Shown one piece after another: positions 36,709 through 45,171 of a stretch of DNA of 52,638 bases (its first letter is position 1; every line of letters starts with the position of its first letter). Source of the stretch: Deltaproteobacteria bacterium (GTDB lineage: Bacteria; Myxococcota; JACRCW01); assembly GCA_016218805.1 (NCBI GenBank), contig JACRCW010000156.1:1-52638 (forward strand), read 5' to 3'. Below the pieces are notes generated by a model that did no database searches, was not told where the DNA came from, and worked only from the letters and a program-made list of their open reading frames with translations. A program made the translations under genes and the position numbers.

Positions 36709-37626
36709 TCACCGCCACCGGCCGATGGCGATCCAACTGCACTTGTTGTTGTTGCCGGAGTTGACGTGGATGGTCATGCCGGTGCCATCCGTCCTCCGGT
36801 AATCCGTGCCGGTTTGGCCCGCTGAGCATTGGTAGTCCTGCCGGTACACGCTGCTCACCGACACCTGTGGAACTCCAACAAACGGCACGGGGAAGTCCAC
36901 CACCGCGGACCCGCCCGCCGGGATGACGCCGGTGTCCGCCCACATCAACAGGATGTCACCCAGGAACGCGTACTTGATGGGCGCTGCGCTGGAGTGGTCC
37001 CACGGACCGGTGAGTTCCTGACCGCGCAGCGTGCCCATCACGTCAAGCAGCGCCGCGGCGTCCGGCGTCCCGCTCCCCACCGCCACCGGCCCCTGCAGGA
37101 TGGCGTCACCCGCCACGTCCAGCTTCCGGCTGGGGGCCGCGCCGGGAGGCAGCGCCACCCCCATGCTGCCGGCGGCCTGGATGTTGCCGTCGGCCAGGAA
37201 GTCCTGTCCCGGCGCGCCACGCCGCGCAAAGGGGACGCTTCCCAGCAACTGCCGGCCGCCCAGCGGCGTGCCGTCAACCGTGACCTGCAGCCAGCGGTTG
37301 CCGCCCAGCGCGTTGTCCGGCAGGTCCACGCTGCTGCCCAGCGCCACCGAGAACAGCCCGCCCGCCACCAGCACGCCCGTATGCGTCTCCGGTCCCCAGG
37401 TCCGATTGCCTGCCGCCGGGTCGTCGTACAGCTCAAAGGTGAACTCCGCCGCGGTGCTGATGGGGACCCCGTCCTTCTCAAGAAACCCCTGGTACGGGAT
37501 GGTCGCGCCGCTGGCCGCGGCATCGGTGGTGACCGTCCGTGCAAAGGCGGACAGCCCAAACACCAACCCTGCAACACCCGTGGTCAGCGACAACCCGTTC
37601 ATCCAGTTCCGGCGGTGGTTCGTCAC
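36709..37626 (-). CDS. secreted fibre adhesin (MAT-like N-terminus) with gp53/H-lectin-like tail-fibre tip
   Basis: GGAGGA RBS, signal peptide, IPYQGFLEKDG…FELY…WGPE…GLFSVALG…RQLLGSVPFA, two G-x-x-x-V…LDV-x-G repeats, tip 'ILLMW…VDFPVPF…PQV…WIAIG'. Confidence 0.82.
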   Translation of the reverse strand: MTNHRRNWMNGLSLTTGVAGLVFGLSAFARTVTTDAAASGATIPYQGFLEKDGVPISTAAEFTFELYDDPAAGNRTWGPETHTGVLVAGGLFSVALGSSVDLPDNALGGNRWLQVTVDGTPLGGRQLLGSVPFARRGAPGQDFLADGNIQAAGSMGVALPPGAAPSRKLDVAGDAILQGPVAVGSGTPDAAALLDVMGTLRGQELTGPWDHSSAAPIKYAFLGDILLMWADTGVIPAGGSAVVDFPVPFVGVPQVSVSSVYRQDYQCSAGQTGTDYRRTDGTGMTIHVNSGNNNKCSWIAIGRWR

Positions 37627-38017
37627 GCTGTTCCTCCGTTCACTCGCTTGGCCTCTCGGGTCCTGTCGTCAGGCGCCGCGGGAGAGGCCCGCTGCGGCGC
37701 GCGTGCGTGCACGGGATACCTACCACAGCGGTTCACAACGCCAGAATGCAGGCGGGAGGACGGCCATGCGCAACGGGGGAACTCGGGAATCGTTGGCTCG
37801 GCGTTCCGTTGTCTGACGGAGACCGTGCGGTGGGCGGCGTGCCCGCCCGAGACGAGGATGTTGCGCGGCGGCAAGGTGGCCGTGTCAGGGCAGCCGGGCT
37901 CAGGATTTCCCGGCGCGCCGTCCCGTCGTGCAGTTGCTTCCCCGGGCAGGCATGCCTAAACACCGCCACGCCTCAATGGGGACGGCCGTCTGGGCCCGCT
38001 CCCCGACGGAGAACGGC

Positions 38018-38683
38018 ATGCGGGCAACCTGGGGAACGCTGTGGACGCTCACGCTGCTGGGGACGGCCTGCCCGCCACCACCCGCCGTCACCCCGGAGGA
38101 TGCCGCGCACTTCTTCGGCCTGGAGCCGGGGCGGTCACTGGTCTACGCGGTGACCGGCGGGCCCATCCCCACCACCGCGCACATTGACCTGGTGCGGAAT
38201 GACTCGTTTGCGGACTACCTGGGGTTTTCGGCAACGGAGCGCAACGCGGGCAACATCATCCAGGAGGTGCTGCTGTACGGCGCCGAGGCGGAGAACCTGC
38301 GCCTCACCCGCGTGGGAGACTGCCTGCCCAATTGCACCACCTACGCAAACCCGCCCATCCTGCTGAAGGTGACCGGGGATGACCCGGAAACGCTGGAACT
38401 CGTCGAGAACACCACCTACACCACGGAGACCGCCACGCAGGTGACCACCTCCGGCGGCACCGCCGAGGGCCCGCGCGAACGGCACGAGATCACCGTCAGC
38501 GCGCGGGTCAACACCGTCACGCCCGCGGGAACGTTCTCCGCCTACCCGGTCGCGTGGCGGAAGTTCGTCGTCGGGCAGTCAGGCAGCGAGGACCGCTTGC
38601 TGTACTTTGCACCGCAGCGCGGGTTCATCCGCCTGGACCGCGGCTCGCTCCGCTACGAAGTGCAGGGCGGGGTGAGCCCGTGA
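38018..38683 (+). CDS. lipoprotein of unknown function (beta-rich)
   Basis: LLGTA-C lipobox; VTPAGTF…YFAPQRG motif of DUF3108-like beta proteins. Confidence 0.8.
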   Translation: MRATWGTLWTLTLLGTACPPPPAVTPEDAAHFFGLEPGRSLVYAVTGGPIPTTAHIDLVRNDSFADYLGFSATERNAGNIIQEVLLYGAEAENLRLTRVGDCLPNCTTYANPPILLKVTGDDPETLELVENTTYTTETATQVTTSGGTAEGPRERHEITVSARVNTVTPAGTFSAYPVAWRKFVVGQSGSEDRLLYFAPQRGFIRLDRGSLRYEVQGGVSP

Positions 38684-39723
38684 AGCGTGCGCTGGCCCTG
38701 TCCGTCGTCGTCGCGCTGGCCACCGGTGGGTGCGGTATCCAGCGCCTGCTGCGCCCGGCCGCGCCCGCCCCTGAACCCATTGCCGCGCAGCGCCCCACGC
38801 TCGCCCCCGGCGAGATTGCGCTCACCTGGCTGGGCGCTGCCGGCGCGCTGGTGCGCGGCCGGGACCGCACCGTTGCGTTTGACCCGTACGTGTCACGCCC
38901 CTCCGGCGTGCTGCCCCGCAGCATGGTGGAAACGTCGCTGCCGGCCATCATTGTGGACGGGCTGTTGCGGGACCTGCAGGGCGCCCAGAACCTGGGCCGG
39001 CTGGTGGCGGGCAACGTCCGGCCGGACCACGCCGCCGTGGACCGCTACATTCCCAAGGTGGACCTGGTGCTCATCGGGCACGCGCACGCGGACCACGTGG
39101 TGGACGCGCCCTACCTGGTGCAGCGTGACGGCGCGGACCTCGTCGGGAATCTCTCCGCCGTGCAGGTGGCGTCCGCCTACGGTGCCCCGCGTGAACGGCT
39201 CCACGTGGTGGGCCCGGGCGAACACGTCTCCATCCGCGGGCTGGGCGTGAGCGCGGCCCGCGGTGCCCACGTCCCGCTGTTGCTGGGAAAGGTCCCCGGC
39301 CGCGGCGTGGCGCAGGACCCGGACCCCGCCCCCCTGCGCGGCGGCGAGTTCCGCACCGGCGGCATGCGCATCTGGCGCGTGAGTGTGGACGGCATCCGCG
39401 TGGGGCACCTGTCATCAGGCGCGCTGCCGCGGGACTTCCCGGCGGACCTGCCCACAGACGTGGTGTTTGTGAGCGTGGCGCTGGGCAAGAAGGATGATGG
39501 CGTGCTGGAGCGCCTGCTGAAGGCCACCCGCGCCAAGGTCATTGTCCCCATCCACCAGGACGTCTTTTTCCTGGGGCTGGAGGCGGAACCGCGCCCCATG
39601 CCGGGTTGGGATGAGAACACGTTTGCAGAGCGCGTGGCCAAGGCGTCGCCGGACACGGCGGTGGTGGTGATGCGCCCCATGCAGGAGCGGATTGTGGACG
39701 TGAACAGCGGCCGCGTGCGCTGA
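38680..39723 (+). CDS. MBL-fold metallo-hydrolase, lipoprotein
   Basis: TWLG, DPY, GHAHADH, VPIH; GTGA overlap. Confidence 0.88.
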   Translation: MKRALALSVVVALATGGCGIQRLLRPAAPAPEPIAAQRPTLAPGEIALTWLGAAGALVRGRDRTVAFDPYVSRPSGVLPRSMVETSLPAIIVDGLLRDLQGAQNLGRLVAGNVRPDHAAVDRYIPKVDLVLIGHAHADHVVDAPYLVQRDGADLVGNLSAVQVASAYGAPRERLHVVGPGEHVSIRGLGVSAARGAHVPLLLGKVPGRGVAQDPDPAPLRGGEFRTGGMRIWRVSVDGIRVGHLSSGALPRDFPADLPTDVVFVSVALGKKDDGVLERLLKATRAKVIVPIHQDVFFLGLEAEPRPMPGWDENTFAERVAKASPDTAVVVMRPMQERIVDVNSGRVR

Positions 39724-39748
39724 GCCCGCGGCGGCACGGAGGTGTTCC

Positions 39749-40621
39749 ATGCGGATGTCTGGGATGACGGTGGCGGGGACAATCCTGGTGCTGGCGCTTT
39801 CCGGCTGTGGTGGTGGCAAGGGGGCGCAGCGCGGGGCCGCCAAGGGCAGCGCCGCGGTGCGCGCGGCGCGCGTGGACATGGAGCAGGGCGGATTCAGCCG
39901 CGCCACCGTGCACGTGGTCCTCGTCGTGGACAATCAGACCAACAAGGCGCTCACCATCCAGGGCGCGGAGATTGAGACGTCTTTTGCGGGCGGCGGCGCG
40001 GACGGCGAAGGCGATGCGCCCTCCGATGGACAGACATTCAAGGGCGCCATGCAGCCGTCCGGGCGCGCGTCCGTGGATCCGGGTGGCACCGCGGAGATCC
40101 CGGTGGAAGTGGAACTGGTCTATCCCAGCGAGCCGGGCGCGTTCATGGCGTTCACCAAGCCCAGCGTGCAGCGCCTCAAGGTGGTGGGCACGGTGCAGAG
40201 CTCCGCCGGCGCGCTGCCAATCAACGACGAGACGGACTTTCCCACGCCCAAGCTGCTGCAGGGCCAGGTGAAGGAAGCGCAGATGTCGTCGGTGGATGAC
40301 GGCGCCGCGGGCGAGGTGACCTTGGAGTTGGTGCTCTTCAACCCCAACCCGTTCCCGGTGAAGGCGGACGTGTGGAACATGAAGATCACCGTCGCGGACA
40401 AGGACCTCAAGGAGGTTGACGTGGGGCAGGCGGAGACGGTGTTGCCCAACGCCGGCGTGGCCTACTCCGAGTCATTCAAGATTGACCAGGAGAACTGGGG
40501 TCCGGACTACAAGCAGGTGCTCAAGCGCTCTGCCGTCAGCTGGAAGGTGGTGGGCAGCATCAAGGTGGGCGATGTGACCTACCCGTCCGAGGCCAGCGGG
40601 GAGATGAAGTTCCACCGCTGA
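39749..40621 (+). CDS. LEA-2/WHy tandem-domain lipoprotein
   Basis: LALSG-C lipobox, VDNQT and FNPNPF motifs. Confidence 0.8.
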   Translation: MRMSGMTVAGTILVLALSGCGGGKGAQRGAAKGSAAVRAARVDMEQGGFSRATVHVVLVVDNQTNKALTIQGAEIETSFAGGGADGEGDAPSDGQTFKGAMQPSGRASVDPGGTAEIPVEVELVYPSEPGAFMAFTKPSVQRLKVVGTVQSSAGALPINDETDFPTPKLLQGQVKEAQMSSVDDGAAGEVTLELVLFNPNPFPVKADVWNMKITVADKDLKEVDVGQAETVLPNAGVAYSESFKIDQENWGPDYKQVLKRSAVSWKVVGSIKVGDVTYPSEASGEMKFHR

Positions 40622-40700
40622 GCGGGCGGTGGTGGTTGAAACGCGCGCGCGGCTTTGGCAGGTTCTCACGCCCCCTGTTGTGGGCTGGAGCGTGACCAAG

Positions 40701-41177
40701 ATGAACAAGGTGATTGTTGCGGCGGTGGCCCTGGCGGGCCTGGGTCTTTCCTCGGTGGCGCTGGCGGACGGCGCGGGCAAGGGCAAGCAGAGTTTTGGCA
40801 AGCCGTTCACCATGAACGGTGCCGCCATGCCGATTGGAGACGTCCTGGCGAAGGCGGCCTCCTACGAGGGGAAGACGGTGAAGGTCACGGGGCTGGTGAC
40901 CCAGGTGTGCCAGGCCAAGGGGTGCTGGTTTGAGGTGGCCCCTGCGGAGAAGCAGAAGGGCGTGCGCATCAAGAGTGCGGACTACAGCATTTTTGTGCCC
41001 AAGGACTGCGCGGGGCGCACGGCCACCATTGAGGGGACGTTCAAGGTGACAACGCTGACGGAGGCGCAGGCGAAGCACCTGGCGGAGGACGCGGCCAAGG
41101 CGGGGCAGAAGGCGCCTGAGGTGAAGGGGCCGGTCCAGGAGTTCCAGCTCGCCGCCACCGCGGTGGAACTGAACTGA
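40701..41177 (+). CDS. DUF4920-like periplasmic OB-fold protein
   Basis: Signal peptide, VCQAKGCW, FVPKD, KHLAED. Confidence 0.85.
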   Translation: MNKVIVAAVALAGLGLSSVALADGAGKGKQSFGKPFTMNGAAMPIGDVLAKAASYEGKTVKVTGLVTQVCQAKGCWFEVAPAEKQKGVRIKSADYSIFVPKDCAGRTATIEGTFKVTTLTEAQAKHLAEDAAKAGQKAPEVKGPVQEFQLAATAVELN

Positions 41178-41199
41178 GTCGGGTTGGGTTTTCCAGCCG

Positions 41200-41396
41200 T
41201 TCACGCGCGCGCAATGGCTCTTTGCTCATTCTACCGGTGGGGCCGGCGTCCCCGCCGGCCGCCGACTCATTTTTCACCACGCCATCAACCATCCTTCACG
41301 CGCGCGCAATGACTCTTTGCTCTTTCTACCGGTGGGGACCGGTGGGGCCGCCGACTCATTCCTCACCACGCCATCAATCATCCTTCACGCGCGCGC
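41200..41396. repeat. tandem repeat, units of 95 and 89 bp plus a 13-bp partial third copy
   Basis: TTCACGCGCGCGC at 41200, 41295 and 41384; shared CTCTTTGCTC.TTCTACCGGTGGGG and GGCCGCCGACTCATT..TCACCACGCCATCAA.CATCC. Confidence 0.9.
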
Positions 41397-42774
41397 GCTG
41401 CAACGCGGAGTAGATGTCATCCACGGTGAGCGGCCAGCTTTCCGGGTCATACAGCTTGATGCGCCGGTTGACGGCCTCCAGCGCCTCCATCCAGACCTCA
41501 TCATACGGAGTAGCGCGGTCCACCTTGAGGTTGAGGACCATGGGGGCCTGGGTACCGCTGACGTAGAAGCCCGGTTTGTAGAGGACAAACTCCGCCTGGT
41601 ACGTCGTGGGCTTGTTGGGGTCCGGGTCCAGCTCCTTGCGGATGTCCTTGAGCGCTTTGCGCAGCTGCTCTTCCATGGAGGGGATCTCATAGGCGCCCTC
41701 GTCCGCGCCGCTGCCGTCATCCACCAATGCGCCACCGCGGCGCTTGTCCTCGCGGTTCTCGTCGCCGGACGCCTGGTTCCCATCGCCGTCCTGGTGGCCC
41801 AGCTGCTGGGTGGCATCCCCGCGGGCCAGCCCGGGTGCATCCGGGGCGCGGCCTCCTTCTTGGGCCTCCTGCGTCCCCGTCCCCGCGGAACCCGGCCGCG
41901 CCTGGGATTCGCGGGCTTGCGCGGAACCCTCCCCGGGTTTCCCTGGTCCTGATGAGGCGCTCTGCGCGGCGGTGTTGCTGGAGTTGTTGGACGGCGGCGC
42001 CTGGGACGGAGTGCCGGGCGCTTGCGTGGGGGCCCCGGACGAGCTGTTCGATGCGGGGGCGGGCGTCGACGGTGCGTGCGCCGCGGTGGTGGTGGGCGCC
42101 GGGGTGGACGGCGTCGTCGGCGGGGCGGTCGTGGGAGGCGGTGCGGCCGTGGACGTGGACGTGGACGCCGTCGTCGCCGCGGCGGTGGACGTGGCGGGTG
42201 CGGCCGGCGTGGGCGGCGCCTTGGCGGCGGCGCTCGCCTGGGCGGCCGCGGGGGACTCCGGGCGGGACATGCTGCGCTGCGGGGGCGTGAACGGCTCGGC
42301 GGTCTTGCTGAACAGGTTGCGCGCGGCCGCGTTCTCAGACGCGGTCCGGATGAACCGCGACGCGTCCTGCTTCTGCGCGCTGACCGGTGCCTTGGGTGTC
42401 GCCGGCGGTGGCGGGGGCGCGGCGCTGGGCTCGGGCCGGTACTTCTCAACCAGCACCTTGGAGGTCTTGTCATCCAGCCGGCCGGATTGCGGCAGTCCCT
42501 CCTTGCCCTGCAGTTGCTTGAGCGCTTCGGCCAGCTTGGCCGCGTCACCGGCGGGAGCGTCGCCGCGCTTGGCGCCGTCCGCCTTGGGCATGAACCCCTT
42601 GAGCACCAGGAAGTCCAGCAACTGCTTCATCACGTCGTCGGGTGACAGGCCCCATTCCAGCTTGATGAGCCCCATCTGCGCCAGCACGTCCGCCGGGTTG
42701 CGCCCGGACTGGATCATGGCGGACGCCGCCGCGGCCAGGTTGTTGTTGTTGTTACCCAGTCCCCGCAGCGTCAT
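41374..42774 (-). CDS. peptidoglycan-binding-like domain protein with long low-complexity linker
   Basis: ALKQLQGKEGLPQSGRLDDKT (PG_binding_1-like), Pro/Thr/Ser/Ala linker, small globular C-terminal domain. Confidence 0.78.
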   Translation of the reverse strand: MTLRGLGNNNNNLAAAASAMIQSGRNPADVLAQMGLIKLEWGLSPDDVMKQLLDFLVLKGFMPKADGAKRGDAPAGDAAKLAEALKQLQGKEGLPQSGRLDDKTSKVLVEKYRPEPSAAPPPPPATPKAPVSAQKQDASRFIRTASENAAARNLFSKTAEPFTPPQRSMSRPESPAAAQASAAAKAPPTPAAPATSTAAATTASTSTSTAAPPPTTAPPTTPSTPAPTTTAAHAPSTPAPASNSSSGAPTQAPGTPSQAPPSNNSSNTAAQSASSGPGKPGEGSAQARESQARPGSAGTGTQEAQEGGRAPDAPGLARGDATQQLGHQDGDGNQASGDENREDKRRGGALVDDGSGADEGAYEIPSMEEQLRKALKDIRKELDPDPNKPTTYQAEFVLYKPGFYVSGTQAPMVLNLKVDRATPYDEVWMEALEAVNRRIKLYDPESWPLTVDDIYSALQRARVKDD

Positions 42775-43021
42775 GGCACGGCCCCAGCGACGGGCGCAGC
42801 ATAACAGGCAGGCGCGTGGGGATGGAGCACCGGGCCCCCGGCAGCGGGCATCCTCCACATGACCGACCCCGTGGAGAGACGCGACAAAGCCGCAGTATCG
42901 GTTCGGGTTTCCCGCGGTTGCTCGGTCTGAATGCGCCTTGACCACCCTGGGCGCCCCGCCCACACTCGCCCACGTGTCGGACTGCGCGGATGTCCGCCGG
43001 GTCCGGCACGGAGGTGTCCCC

Positions 43022-45157
43022 ATGCAGCGTCTCTTCCGGACCTCTCTGCTGCTTCTGCCGCTGGTGCTGGCACAGTGCACGTGTGACGGGCTGGAGCCCA
43101 TTGGCGAACTGCCCGGGACCATCCTGGGCCAGGTGTGTGACGTGCGCACGGGCGCCGGCAGCGCGGGTGTGGAGATGGCCATCACGTTGCTCAACGGTTC
43201 ATCCAAGCGCGTGGAGAGCCAGGGCGGCGGCATGGCCAAGATGGAGAACGTGGAGCCCGGCGTCTACGACGTGGTGTTCAGCCAGAGCCTTCCCGGGGGC
43301 CGCGCGGACGTCCGGAGCGTGCCCAGGGTGGAGGTGAAGAGCAACCTGGAGGTGCAGGTGACGGACCCCGCGTGCATCGCCGGGCGCAACCCGCCGGGGA
43401 CGGGCTGGGTGCGCGGCAAGATCTGCAACCGCCACACCGGTGACTGGGTGGGCGCGGCGGACGTCACCATCCAGCTGTCCTCCGGCGAGATCATGGCCAC
43501 GGCGACGGACCTGGAGGGCAACTTCCTGCTGGAGGGCGTCCCCGCGGGCGATCACGTGCTGTACGTGCGCAGCCAGACCTTCCAGCGCGCGTATGCCATC
43601 ACCGTCGTCGCGGGGCGCGAGACCACCTTGGAATCCTCGCCCACCTGCACGGGCCTGGACCCCAACAGCGGCGGCGTGGAGGGTGTGTTCTGCAGCCCCG
43701 CGGGCACCGGGCCGCTGACCGGCGCGCTGGCCTACGTGGACGTGGGCAACCCCGCCACGCGCCTGAGCGATCTCACGGACGCGGACGGTCACTTCATCAT
43801 CACCGGCATCCCGGCGGGCAACTATGACCTCCACGTCGAACAGGGTGCCTACAACCGCACCTATCCCATCACCATCACCGTCGGGATCATCGCGGTCATT
43901 GGCCCGTCCATCTGTGAGACGCCCAACCTGAACACCACCGGCCGCATTGACGGGCTGTTCTGCAACCCCGGTTCGGTGGGCCCGCTGGTGGGCGCGTCCG
44001 TCACCGTGGACCTCGGGTCCAGCGTGCTGGAGGACGTGACGGATTCGCTGGGGCGGTTTGAGTTTGCCGGGGTGCCACCGGGCAACTACGAGGTGCAGGT
44101 CCACAGCGTGAGTCTCAACCAGTCCTACCCCGTCACCGTGGTGGCGGGGCAGACCACCCACGTGCAACCGCAGGGCGAATGCACCTCCATTGGTGGTCCG
44201 GTGGGCGAGATCCAGGGCCGCATCTGCGCGCCCAATGGCACCACCTGGCTGGCCAACGCGCGCGTCTGGGTGGACACGTCCAACGGCACCATTGAAACAC
44301 AGACGGATTCCAACGGCCGCTTCACGCTGCTCAACGTCCCGCCGGGGACCTATGTCGTGCACGTCGCCGCGGGCACGTTCACCACGGACTATCCCAACGT
44401 GGAGGTGCGGGCCAACGAGATCACCACCATCGGCGCGTCCCCGGACCAGTGCGTGCCGTTGGAGGACACGCACAAGATCGCCGTGGTCACCGGCCAGTTT
44501 GACGAGGTGCAGGTGGTGCTCAACCGCCTGGGGCTCAACAACATTGACCTGTATGACGGCATCAACGGGACGTTCGCCAGCACGCTGCTGGGGGACTACG
44601 CGCTGATGCAGACCTACGACGTCATCTTCTTCAACTGCGGCCTGGATGACACCTACCTGCACACCGAGGGGAACAACCAGGTGGCGGTGCAGAACCTGCG
44701 CGCGTACGTGGACAGCGGCAAGAGCACCTACTTCTCGGACTGGGCGTACAACCTGGTGGAGACCGCGTGGCCCAACTTTGTGGATTTCTACGGAGATGAC
44801 AGCGCGCTGGATTCCGCCAAGGTGGCCAAGGACGTGGCCGCGCTGGTGGGCAACGTGGTGGACCCGGGCCTGCGCAACGCGCTGGGGCAGCAGACGGTGT
44901 CCATCAACTACAACCTCATCCAATGGGTGCCCGCCAGCGGCGCGGGTTCAGCCACGCGCGTGTACCTGCGCGGCAACCCGGAGGTCTGCATGGACTTCTT
45001 CTGTGACCAGACCAGCGTCCTCAACAACGTGCCCCTCACCGTGGGTTTCCACCCGTCCAGCGCGGCGGGCAAGGTCATCTTCACCAGCTTCCACCAGGAG
45101 CGGCAGACCACGCAGGACATGGACCAGATCCTCCAGATGCTGGTGTTTGAGCTGTGA
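43022..45157 (+). CDS. surface lipoprotein: five carboxypeptidase-regulatory-like (CnaB/transthyretin-like) repeats + C-terminal alpha/beta domain
   Basis: GGAGG RBS; G.I.G..C…TD..G.F….VP.G.Y repeats; C-terminal AVVTG.FD…FFNCG…SDWAY…FTSFH. Confidence 0.85.
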   Translation: MQRLFRTSLLLLPLVLAQCTCDGLEPIGELPGTILGQVCDVRTGAGSAGVEMAITLLNGSSKRVESQGGGMAKMENVEPGVYDVVFSQSLPGGRADVRSVPRVEVKSNLEVQVTDPACIAGRNPPGTGWVRGKICNRHTGDWVGAADVTIQLSSGEIMATATDLEGNFLLEGVPAGDHVLYVRSQTFQRAYAITVVAGRETTLESSPTCTGLDPNSGGVEGVFCSPAGTGPLTGALAYVDVGNPATRLSDLTDADGHFIITGIPAGNYDLHVEQGAYNRTYPITITVGIIAVIGPSICETPNLNTTGRIDGLFCNPGSVGPLVGASVTVDLGSSVLEDVTDSLGRFEFAGVPPGNYEVQVHSVSLNQSYPVTVVAGQTTHVQPQGECTSIGGPVGEIQGRICAPNGTTWLANARVWVDTSNGTIETQTDSNGRFTLLNVPPGTYVVHVAAGTFTTDYPNVEVRANEITTIGASPDQCVPLEDTHKIAVVTGQFDEVQVVLNRLGLNNIDLYDGINGTFASTLLGDYALMQTYDVIFFNCGLDDTYLHTEGNNQVAVQNLRAYVDSGKSTYFSDWAYNLVETAWPNFVDFYGDDSALDSAKVAKDVAALVGNVVDPGLRNALGQQTVSINYNLIQWVPASGAGSATRVYLRGNPEVCMDFFCDQTSVLNNVPLTVGFHPSSAAGKVIFTSFHQERQTTQDMDQILQMLVFEL

Positions 45158-45171
45158 GAGGGAACGCGCGC

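Noticed and set aside
36709..37626. Prophage remnant
   Set aside because: The tail-fibre-like gene has a signal peptide and host-like composition, with no neighbouring phage genes
41200..41396. CRISPR array
   Set aside because: Only two units, conserved part about 80 bp, variable part 8-14 bp, and no cas genes
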